Shown in pieces: positions 19,824-28,469 of a DNA stretch of 64,000 bases. The DNA is from Sedimentisphaerales bacterium. GTDB lineage: Bacteria; Planctomycetota; Phycisphaerae; Sedimentisphaerales; Anaerobacaceae. Where the stretch lies: the NCBI GenBank assembly GCA_963708075.1, contig OY970194.1, positions 4,288,001 to 4,352,000 on the forward strand, in the 5' to 3' direction. Each line of letters starts with the position of its first letter. The stretch's first letter is position 1. The position numbers and the translations under genes were made by a program. The notes below the pieces were generated by a model. The model made no database searches, had not been told where the DNA came from, and was given only the letters and a program-made list of their open reading frames with translations.

Positions 19824-22800
19824 ATGTCGAAGAAACTCATATACCTGGTCTCTGTATACATGGTGCTGATGGCGGCAACGGGGGTGCGGGCGGAGACGGT
19901 CACCGTCGTAAGCGATGCGGACACCTGGACGGCGGGAACCGACACGGCAGCGAATGACAAGCTCGAATTCATGGCGATTCAGGGTGGAGGCTCTGACCGC
20001 ACGGGCTACGTGCGCTTCGACCTTTCCACTCTCAATATCCTCAAGGTCGAGAGCGCGACGTTGACGCTGACCGTGCACGGGGCGATTCCGAAGCCGCCGT
20101 ACCGCAACGACACGGTCAATACCGGCCGTTTTGCCCTGTACGGATTGAATGGCGTGGCCGGCAACACGGCTCAGAACTGGGATCCAGCCGCCCTGAATGG
20201 CAGCAACACAGGCGGTGAGGTGGACTGGACGACCGGCACAGTTGTTGTCGCCGGGGGTCGAGCCACCGACCTGGATGAAGATGTTGCGGGAATCACCGAG
20301 ACGGTCACCACCGCTGCCGCCGGAGGTTGGGCCTTGGGAACCACGATCACCATCACGGGACAACCGCTGGTCAGCTTCATTCAAAGCCGGGTGGATGATA
20401 GTGGTTTGGTCACGTTCCTTCTGAAGAACGACGACAGCGCCGACCGAGGATATGGCATCTGCAGCAGAGAATATGTGGACGAAGCCTATCATCCGAAGCT
20501 GGATCTCGCCGTCGTGACGGGTGCGAAATCGGGTGCAACGAAGCCAAATCCACAAGACAAGGCCACGGATATCCTTCGAGACAGCGTTCTCAGTTGGAAG
20601 CCGGCGGCCTCTGCCGCCACACACAATGTGTACCTGGGAACCGATCTCGATGCCGTCACGACTGCCGGCGCGAGCGTTCTGGTCGGCCAGGGGCAGGATG
20701 CCAACACCTACGATCCGCCCGGCCATTTGACGCTTGGCCAGACCTATTACTGGCGGGTCGATGAAGTCAACGGGGCTCCCGACTTCACCGTGCAGAGTGG
20801 CCCGGTCTGGAGTTTCACGGTCGAGCCTGCCTCATACCTGATCGCAAACGTGACGGCCACGGCCTCCAGTTTCGAGACCAACTCCGGGCCGGAGAACACG
20901 GTCAACGGCTCAGGCCTGGATCCGCAAGATCTGCACTCAACGGGCGACAGGACCATGTGGCTCAGTGGCAAGACTGCCCCGCTGCCGGCCTGGATTCAAT
21001 ACCAGTTTGACCGGGTCTACAAACTCCATGAAATGTGGGTCTGGAACCACAACACGGCCATGGAGTCCGTTGTGGGCGTCGGATTCAAGGATGTCACGGT
21101 GGAGTACTCCGTCAATGGCACGGACTGGCTCGTGCTCGGCGAGCTTGAGTTTGCCCAGGCAGCATCGGGCGACGGCTACGCGCACAACACGACCGTCGAT
21201 TTTGCCGGCGCGGCGGCCAGGTTCGTCAAGCTCACCCCCAAGAACAACTGGGCCGGAATTGCCCCCCAATATGGCTTGAGCGAGGTGCGGTTCTTCTACG
21301 TCCCCGTCCATGCCCGGGAGCCGGTTCCGGCGTCGGCTGCGGCAAACGTGGATCCGACCACCGCCGTTCTGAGCTGGCGGGCCGGGCGCGAGGCGGCCTC
21401 ACACGAGGTGTATGTCAGCACAGATAGCCAGGCCGTGATGGACGGCTCCGCACCTGTTGTGACCGTAAACCAGGCCAGCTACCCTCCGCGCCCTTCCCTG
21501 GGGTTGGGCACGACCTACTACTGGAAAGTGGTCGAGGTCAATCAAGCTGAAACGCCCAGCGCGTGGGAAAGCGATGTCTGGAGTCTCTCCACGCTGACAT
21601 ATCTCACCATCGATGATTTTGAGAGCTACACCAACGACTCGCCGAACCGGGTCTTCCAAGCCTGGATCGATGGCGCGGGTTTCTCGGAGGACGAGTTCTT
21701 CCCGACGGGCAATCCCGGCAACGGTTCAGGCTCTCTGATCGGCTATGATCCGACAGCGGGCGATGTCATGGAGACCGGGATCATTCACGGCGGCAGGCAG
21801 TCGATGCCTGTGTACTACGACAACGGCAGCGCGCCGCGGTACTCCGAAGCCGTGCGTACTCTGGCGACGCCCCAGGACTGGAGCAAGCATGGCATCACCA
21901 CGCTTGTGCTGTATTTCCGGGGCGACGTGAATAACGTCGCCGCTCCGTTGTATGTGAAGATCAACAACGCGAAAGTGCTCTACAACAGCGGCGCTCCCAG
22001 CACGGCCTTCCCGCTCTGGAAGCAGTGGAACATCGACCTGGCCGCTTCGGGCGCCAATCTTCAGAGCGTCAAGACGCTGGCTATCGGCGTGGGTGACGGC
22101 ATCGCCGGCGGGACAGGGACGATCTTCATCGATGACATCCTGCTGTATGCGACGCCTCCGCAGGCCGTGGCCGCCGCCGATCCGGGGACCAATGGTCTGG
22201 TGGCGCTGTATGCGATGGAAGGCAACTTACAGGATAGTTCCGGCAAGAGCAACAATGGCACCGCCTCCGGCGATCCGGCGTATGGGCAGGGGTTGCTCGG
22301 CTACGGCAAGGCGCTGGGCTTCGACGGAACAAACGACTACGTAGATCTGCCCATCGGCTCGCTGGTGAGCACGCTCAACAGCACGACCATTGCCGCGTGG
22401 GTGTACTTCACGAACGCAGGCAACGCCTGGCAGCGGGTCTTCGACTTCGGCAATGCCGGCGTCAGCGGCGCGAACCCCAATGTGTACATGTTCCTGACGT
22501 CGAACAACGGATCGCGGATCGTACGATTCGCCATCCGTAACGCGGCCAGTACAGCCGAGCAGGCCGTCAACGCCCCGGCCGCGCTGACGACGGGCTGGCA
22601 TCATGTGGCGATCGTGATTGACAGCACGACTATGCAACTGCGGTTGTATCAGGATGGGACGCCTGCGGCCAGCGGAGCCACGACCGTGCTGCCGAAGGAC
22701 CTGGGCGTGACGACACAGAACTGGCTCGGCCGCTCTCAGTGGACGGCCGACCCCTTCTTCGGCGGCTCCATAGATGATTTCCGCATCTACAATCGCACCT

Positions 22801-22841
22801 TGTCGGAATCCGAGGTCCGCTACCTCGCCGGCGACCGGTGA
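19824..22841 (+). CDS. Large secreted multidomain protein (DNRLRE-like, discoidin F5/8, LamG-like jellyroll)
   Basis: AGGAGG RBS, signal peptide, YVRFDLS, YYWRVDEVN, WIQYQFDRVYKL, IDDFESY, WQRVFDFG, IDDFRIYNR. Confidence 0.85.
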   Translation: MSKKLIYLVSVYMVLMAATGVRAETVTVVSDADTWTAGTDTAANDKLEFMAIQGGGSDRTGYVRFDLSTLNILKVESATLTLTVHGAIPKPPYRNDTVNTGRFALYGLNGVAGNTAQNWDPAALNGSNTGGEVDWTTGTVVVAGGRATDLDEDVAGITETVTTAAAGGWALGTTITITGQPLVSFIQSRVDDSGLVTFLLKNDDSADRGYGICSREYVDEAYHPKLDLAVVTGAKSGATKPNPQDKATDILRDSVLSWKPAASAATHNVYLGTDLDAVTTAGASVLVGQGQDANTYDPPGHLTLGQTYYWRVDEVNGAPDFTVQSGPVWSFTVEPASYLIANVTATASSFETNSGPENTVNGSGLDPQDLHSTGDRTMWLSGKTAPLPAWIQYQFDRVYKLHEMWVWNHNTAMESVVGVGFKDVTVEYSVNGTDWLVLGELEFAQAASGDGYAHNTTVDFAGAAARFVKLTPKNNWAGIAPQYGLSEVRFFYVPVHAREPVPASAAANVDPTTAVLSWRAGREAASHEVYVSTDSQAVMDGSAPVVTVNQASYPPRPSLGLGTTYYWKVVEVNQAETPSAWESDVWSLSTLTYLTIDDFESYTNDSPNRVFQAWIDGAGFSEDEFFPTGNPGNGSGSLIGYDPTAGDVMETGIIHGGRQSMPVYYDNGSAPRYSEAVRTLATPQDWSKHGITTLVLYFRGDVNNVAAPLYVKINNAKVLYNSGAPSTAFPLWKQWNIDLAASGANLQSVKTLAIGVGDGIAGGTGTIFIDDILLYATPPQAVAAADPGTNGLVALYAMEGNLQDSSGKSNNGTASGDPAYGQGLLGYGKALGFDGTNDYVDLPIGSLVSTLNSTTIAAWVYFTNAGNAWQRVFDFGNAGVSGANPNVYMFLTSNNGSRIVRFAIRNAASTAEQAVNAPAALTTGWHHVAIVIDSTTMQLRLYQDGTPAASGATTVLPKDLGVTTQNWLGRSQWTADPFFGGSIDDFRIYNRTLSESEVRYLAGDR

Positions 22842-23025
22842 GCAGACAACGCCGATCATAACGATTACGATTGAGAGTCTCATGTCTCCGGGTGGCAGCG
22901 GCAAGCGAAGTCCGCGGAGCTTGCCGATGGTGTTCTGCCGTATGTGACAGCCATCGGCAAGCTGCGCTTGCCGCTGCCACCCGAATATGGTTCAGGCATT
23001 ACCGAGAATCGATCTACAATCGCTG

Positions 23026-23736
23026 TCAGTGGTACCCCGCGCCGGGGTAGAGGAGGTTCAGGGCGACCGTGTGCACAGGACGCAGGAGAAAGTCCATGAC
23101 GTTCCAGGCGACGATCAGGCCGATGATGCTCGCGTACGGCTGGGCCATGAACTCCCGGTAGCGCTCTGCGGCGCTGTCGCTGAGAAACAGCGAGATCACC
23201 TCACTGCCGTCGAGCGGAGGCACGGGAAGCAGATTGAAGACCAGCAGGATCAGGTTCAAGGAGAACAGGACACTGACCAGAATGGCGGCGCCGGTGGCGA
23301 CGCCTGGAGCTGTCGCCGCGGTGGTTCGCGCCCAACTGATCTGGTCGGGTTGGGCGAACACGCCGAGGAGCATGCCGCCGCGGATGAGCAGGGCCGCGAG
23401 CAGGATGAGGATGAGGTTCGCCGCCGGGCCGGCCAGGGCCATCAGGGCCGCCTGCCGGCGGTTGCGATGGGCCCAGTAGGGATCGTATGGCGTGCTCGCC
23501 CAGCCGATCATCCAGCCGCCGAGGGCAAAGGAAAGGATGGGCACGACGATCATGCCGATGGGCGACCTCTGCATGTGCGGGATCGGGTCGAGCGTGACCA
23601 GGCCGGCGGTATAGGCGGTTGTGTCCCCGAATTTCAGGGCGGCAAAGCCGTGGGACGCCTCGTGGAACGTGACCGAGACGGTGAGCACGACAAACCACAA
23701 AAGCCCCAATCCAATCTCCATCGGTGTCACTGTCAT
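23026..23736 (-). CDS. Site-2 protease family (M50) membrane metalloprotease
   Basis: HEASH, AGPAAN, FNLLPVPPLDG. Confidence 0.93.
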   Translation of the reverse strand: MTVTPMEIGLGLLWFVVLTVSVTFHEASHGFAALKFGDTTAYTAGLVTLDPIPHMQRSPIGMIVVPILSFALGGWMIGWASTPYDPYWAHRNRRQAALMALAGPAANLILILLAALLIRGGMLLGVFAQPDQISWARTTAATAPGVATGAAILVSVLFSLNLILLVFNLLPVPPLDGSEVISLFLSDSAAERYREFMAQPYASIIGLIVAWNVMDFLLRPVHTVALNLLYPGAGYH

Positions 23737-24115
23737 CTCTCAGCCTTTCACACGGATTACGTTCAATCCTTTTGCACCACCTGCCGTCCTGACCGCGTCC
23801 TCCGCGAACGGCAGGCCCGATAAAGCGGCAGCAAGGGCGCGTCCGAGAATTCTACAGTAACCGATTCATCGGTACGGGGCAACCACGGGGAGAGATTGCC
23901 ACAGCGCCGACGGCCGGCAATCCATGCTCAACGACAGCGTTTTTCCTCACAGGCACCTTTGTCAGCGGCCGATTCATACCGTATGGTTTAATAGTCGGTG
24001 CCGGTGACACGAAGCGCATCGGGCCGGCAGTCCTCTGGTGGGGAATCGGGTTCGTTCGGGCAGGGTATCGGACCCTTGACGATCGGTTAACCTGGACGTG
24101 GGCAAGGGGGTTGTT

Positions 24116-24976
24116 ATGAGTGAAATCGTGATCCTGCAGGGTGAAGAGTCTCGTACGGTGCTTGCGTCGGTGGTCGAGCAGCAGTCGCCGGCAATCATGT
24201 CCTATCTCTCCAAGGACAAGTGGCACGTCGCCAAGGTGGTCCTGAAATCGCTGGAGGACGGCAAACTGCACATCGAAGGCTGCCACGCGACGGGCAAGCC
24301 GCACCCGATCAATATCCAGATCAACCAGCCGGTTGGCCTGAACTTCAAGCATGCCTACGGCAAGTTCATCTTCGACACGGTCGTCATCGGCCTCGAGCCG
24401 TCCCTCGATCCTAATTCCGGAGGCATGATCGTCCTCAAGTCCCCGGAGCGGATCGGCGTCGTGCAACGACGAAGCTATTTCCGCGTCAATGTCCCCGAAT
24501 CGCTCAAGGTCAGTGTCGTGATCTGGCACCGGTCGGGCAGCCAGCAGGTGAAAGAGCCGATGCACAACTACTATGAGGGCCGGCTCATGGACATCTCCGC
24601 CGGCGGCGCACAGATCATCGTGCCGGCCAAGAGCGGCAAAGTGGAAGGCGCGCCGGGCGGCGGCGTGTTCGACTTCCACAAGGGCCAGTTCATCGGCGTA
24701 CGATTCACGCCCCTGCCGTTCGAGACGCCCCTGGTCTTCAACGCCCAGATTCGCAACATCCTCCCGACGGCGGACCACAGCGCCCTGTGCCTGGGCCTGC
24801 AGATCGTGGGCCTCGAGGCCAGCGAGGAGGGCCGGCAAATCCTGTCGCGCATCGCCAATGTCGTGGAACGCTACTACGACATCAACCAGGCCAGCGGCAA
24901 GCACCAGGGTGAGCAGATGACCGTCCCGGCAGGCCAGCAGCCGTTCAACGTGCCCGCCGAGGCGTTCCAGGACTGA
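24116..24976 (+). CDS. YcgR-like PilZ-domain c-di-GMP receptor
   Basis: QRRSYFR (RxxxR) and DISAGG motifs. Confidence 0.85.
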   Translation: MSEIVILQGEESRTVLASVVEQQSPAIMSYLSKDKWHVAKVVLKSLEDGKLHIEGCHATGKPHPINIQINQPVGLNFKHAYGKFIFDTVVIGLEPSLDPNSGGMIVLKSPERIGVVQRRSYFRVNVPESLKVSVVIWHRSGSQQVKEPMHNYYEGRLMDISAGGAQIIVPAKSGKVEGAPGGGVFDFHKGQFIGVRFTPLPFETPLVFNAQIRNILPTADHSALCLGLQIVGLEASEEGRQILSRIANVVERYYDINQASGKHQGEQMTVPAGQQPFNVPAEAFQD

Positions 24977-25038
24977 CACACGCTCCGGTGCCCAACGTGA
25001 ATCGGCGTACGTGTTTAGCGAGAAAGCCCCACTATGCC

Positions 25039-25129
25039 GGGTGGCGCCGCCAGCCTTGTTTGACGGTGCTGATTCGATCAGGTCCGACCATCCGGCACTC
25101 CATGGGCCAACAAGTCTGCCCGTGCCACC
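25039..25129. repeat. REPIN family D, uninterrupted (empty MITE target)
   Basis: GGGTGGCGCCGCCAGCCTTGTTTGACGGTGCTGATTCGAT...TGCCCGTGCCACC; interrupted homologues at 44963-45600 and 58550-58803. Confidence 0.8.
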
Positions 25130-25420
25130 ACTTGTTCTGGCTCCAGTCGATCAGCACCTTGCGCTCGACCATCACGGTTTCCTCGTTGGCCATGGGTATC
25201 CCTCCGCCAATGCCCGGATGCATTTCGCCACGTTGCCCGCGCGCGGACCGTGGGTTGTCTCGCTGCGTTGCTCTGCGGCATTCACGTCAAGGTTGCTGTG
25301 CCTGTGCCGAGAGAGCGAATGCAGCGAATCCGCCCGCCGCGAGGCCGGTTGCCCTCTCCCTCGAACCATGACCATCGCCTGAGAGCGGCGCAACCGGCCG
25401 GAAGGTCTCCGACGATCATA

Positions 25421-26101
25421 TCACTCAGTGCGTGCTGTCGTCGCTGCCACCGGCGTCCTGCCGGCCTGAGCCGCCGCCACCTGGTCGATCTCCTGCACGA
25501 ACGCACTGATCTGCTGCTTGAGATTCTGGGCGCCCTGGCGTGCCGCGTCGATCGCAGGTCTCACGGAATCGATGCCCGCCGGTGTCAGATCAAGCGACAG
25601 AGTCGCCTGAATGTCCCGCAATTGCGTCAGGAACGGATCGTAAGCCGTGTTCATGGCGCGGGCCGCATCACGCAACCGATCGTAATTCTCACGGACCGCC
25701 TGACGTCGCCCGGTCGCTTGAGCCTGAAGCTCCGGGGTAGAGACTGTGTCCACTTCTGTCTCCCAGGCGGTAATGTAGTCGCGCCAATGCTCTCGCATCC
25801 GGTCGGCTCGGTCCTGAGCCTCCTGCGCCTGCTTGCTCGTCTCCTTCACCTCGGCGGTGTACACTTTGTACGCATCCGGCAGCGCCGCAGGGGATGAGGC
25901 AAGCCGGTCCAGAGCAACCATCGCTTCATCCACCTGCTGATCCGCCTTCACCAGCTCCGTTCGCGTTCGCTCCATCGAAGTCACTGCGCGAGTGGCCTTC
26001 TTCGCCTGGGCATGCTCCCCAGTCGTTTTACATCCGGCCAACAGCATGATCGCGCACAGCATGCTCCCGACCGACCACCAATGAATTCTCATCCGTGTCA
26101 T
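25421..26101 (-). CDS. Helical lipoprotein, DUF2959-like
   Basis: AAGGAG RBS, lipobox LAGC, DYITAWETE, LSLDLTPAGI. Confidence 0.7.
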   Translation of the reverse strand: MTRMRIHWWSVGSMLCAIMLLAGCKTTGEHAQAKKATRAVTSMERTRTELVKADQQVDEAMVALDRLASSPAALPDAYKVYTAEVKETSKQAQEAQDRADRMREHWRDYITAWETEVDTVSTPELQAQATGRRQAVRENYDRLRDAARAMNTAYDPFLTQLRDIQATLSLDLTPAGIDSVRPAIDAARQGAQNLKQQISAFVQEIDQVAAAQAGRTPVAATTARTE

Positions 26102-26129
26102 AACTGATCTCCTTATCCTTGTTTCACTT

Positions 26130-26720
26130 TCATGATCTGGCCCGGGCACGGGCCAGGCTTTCCTCCAGTGTAGTGACCAGGTCTTGTCCCCCCTCCTGCT
26201 CGACGGCCTGCTCCTCCGCCGCTTCCGGCGCGGCCACCTCGACCGTGCCCTGCTGCTTCGCCTTCTCCTGCAGGTACCCGAGGACCCGCTCGCGATGTTC
26301 ATCGACGTATTTGGCAGGGTCGTAGTCACCCCTGAGCTGTTGAATGGCGGCGGTGGTCGCTCCTACTCTGGCGGCTTGCGGCCTGGCCTCTTTCGGTCGG
26401 ATCTCGTCCGTATCCGCCACCTCCTCGGGAAAGTGCAGCATCATCAGGCTCAGGACATCGTTTTGTGCCCACAGCGCAACCAGGTGCTCCCTGTCGTGCA
26501 GTACGAATTTCGCCAGGCCGGCCTTGTGCGTCTCCTGCATCACCTCGACCAGGAGCTGGTAGGACCGCTCGCCGCCCTCACGGGGCACGACGTAGTAGGG
26601 CCGGTCGTCATCGTGCAGCAGGTGCGAATGAGGACGTACGTCCTTCACGGCCGTGTAGAGCTTCACGGGCACGCTCACCGGCCCGAACTGTATGAATGCT
26701 TTCCAGATCGCACGCGTCAT
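26130..26720 (-). CDS. ku: Ku (NHEJ) homologue with large in-frame internal deletion; possible pseudogene
   Basis: MTRAIWKA..FGPVSVPVKLYTA joined directly via LHDDD to RPYY; C-terminal YDPAKYVDEHR and DLVTTLEESL. Confidence 0.8.
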   Translation of the reverse strand: MTRAIWKAFIQFGPVSVPVKLYTAVKDVRPHSHLLHDDDRPYYVVPREGGERSYQLLVEVMQETHKAGLAKFVLHDREHLVALWAQNDVLSLMMLHFPEEVADTDEIRPKEARPQAARVGATTAAIQQLRGDYDPAKYVDEHRERVLGYLQEKAKQQGTVEVAAPEAAEEQAVEQEGGQDLVTTLEESLARARARS

Positions 26721-27019
26721 ATCCTCATTATTCACCATCCGCGAGCGGCAGGATCGTAAGGATTCTCCGGCGATTGCCGGGACGAGAGGCTTACGCGCGT
26801 GCAAGGTTATGGATTACAGCCTCCTCGTCCAAACCCCCGTCTGCCATTGACTTTGATCCTGCCGAGCCCAATAGATTTGCTCAGGGCGACAAGAAAGGGC
26901 TGTTCGGCCGCGACCCTGTCGTGCACCCCGGAAAAATGCACGCGCGGCCTGCCGCAAGACGTATAATCCATGTACTTGAACCGAAAAAGGACCGGTGGTT
27001 TGAACTCTGGACGTGGGCA

Positions 27020-27487
27020 ATGGCGGCAAGATGCATCGGCGTCATCTCGGATACGCACGGGCTGCTCAGGGAGCAGGTCAGGGCCCGGCTGCGCGGCTGC
27101 CACCTGATCATCCACGCGGGCGACGTGGATAGCCCCTCGGTCCTGACGGGCCTGAGGGAGATCGCCCCGGTGGTCGCCGTGCGGGGGAACATGGATAAGG
27201 CAGGCTGGGCAAGACAGTTGCAGGAGTTGGAATACTTTGATATTGACGGCACCGGCATCTGCGTAATCCACGACCGCAGCGAGCTCGATGCTCGGGCGCT
27301 GCCGACGGGGACGCGCATCGTCATCTACGGCCACTCCCACAAGCCGCACGTGGAGTACATCGACGGCGTCCTGTACCTCAACCCCGGCAGCGCCGGCCCC
27401 AGGCGATTCCACCTGCCCATCAGCATGGCCCTGCTGCACGTGGAGCCGGATGGAATCCGTCCGGAATTGATCGAGATCCCCATTTAG
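27020..27487 (+). CDS. YfcE/MJ0936-family metallophosphoesterase
   Basis: ISDTHG, HAGD, VRGNMD, YGHSHKP, LNPGSAG. Confidence 0.92.
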   Translation: MAARCIGVISDTHGLLREQVRARLRGCHLIIHAGDVDSPSVLTGLREIAPVVAVRGNMDKAGWARQLQELEYFDIDGTGICVIHDRSELDARALPTGTRIVIYGHSHKPHVEYIDGVLYLNPGSAGPRRFHLPISMALLHVEPDGIRPELIEIPI

Positions 27488-27765
27488 AGACTATCTCAAG
27501 ACGGTGAATGTCATTGCGAGTCGCCGGGCCGCTGCGCGGCTGGTGTCGGGAAGAAACCAAGCTACGAGTCTGGGTGCCATGCTTACGCTCGCGTAAGCAT
27601 GCCTTGCCCATCGAGTGGAACATGTCTACGCAAGCGTAGACATGGCACCCGGCCAGTTAGTTTCTTGGGAGCAGCGCAGCGACGAAGCAGTCTCAATCCC
27701 AGAGATGGAAGATTGCTTCGCTGCGCTCGCAATGACAAGCCTGAGCAGGTTCTGAGGTAGTCTTT
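27486..27765. repeat. Nested palindromic elements
   Basis: Outer arms AGACTATCTCA / TGAGGTAGTCT; inner TGTCATTGCGAG (27509) / CTCGCAATGACA (27737); family A REPIN at 27572-27650 inside. Confidence 0.75.
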
Positions 27766-27789
27766 CAGACTCTTCGTTCACCAAGTCCG

Positions 27790-28200
27790 TCAATCGCGGC
27801 TGGGGGTGACGATTTCGGGGCTCAGGTAGGTTCCACCGTGGGAAACCGCGTCGACGGCGTGGACCAGCTCGTCCAGGTCACCGCCCTTGAGCACGTAGGC
27901 GGAGGCGCCGGCCTTGAGCATCCGGGTCGCGAATGCCTTGGAGGTATGGACGGAAAGGCCGATGACCTGCGTGTGGGGGCAGTCGTGCATGATCTGCCGG
28001 GTCGCATCGATGCCGTTGACCAGGGGCATGACGACGTCCATGATTACAATGTCAGGATTCAGGGTCTTCGCCATTTCGACGGCAAGGCCCCCGTCCCCCG
28101 CCTCGCCCACCACCTCCATCCCACCGTCGGCCTGCAGAGCCCGGATGAGGCTTCGCCGCAACGCCACATGGTCATCAGCGATCAATACGCGCACAGCCAT
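27790..28200 (-). CDS. NarL-type receiver domain protein lacking an HTH
   Basis: VLIADDH, IMDVVMP, AYVLK; ends just after GTYLSPEI. Confidence 0.88.
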   Translation of the reverse strand: MAVRVLIADDHVALRRSLIRALQADGGMEVVGEAGDGGLAVEMAKTLNPDIVIMDVVMPLVNGIDATRQIMHDCPHTQVIGLSVHTSKAFATRMLKAGASAYVLKGGDLDELVHAVDAVSHGGTYLSPEIVTPSRD

Positions 28201-28469
28201 AGCTCCAGCACTCCCATGACTGCCTTCCCTGGCGAACGGTATCATGCAGGTGTCCCACACCTGGGCAAAGACGCTTGACATACGCTGCCAGCGTCACTAT
28301 CTATCTACTTATGCATCAATACGGATGATCAGGGTAGATGGTGCATACAGGGATTTCCTTAAAAATGTCCTCCCGAATCCCTCAGTAGCATGGAGCAGCC
28401 CCCCGGAGGGGCACTTGTCACTGTGCAAAGGCGGTCGGTGCACTCGATGCATCCTTGGGAAGTCGCATC

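Noticed and set aside
23940..23980. Sigma28-like GCCGAT boxes upstream of the PilZ gene (also near 60405)
   Set aside because: No correctly spaced -35 element; too weak to call
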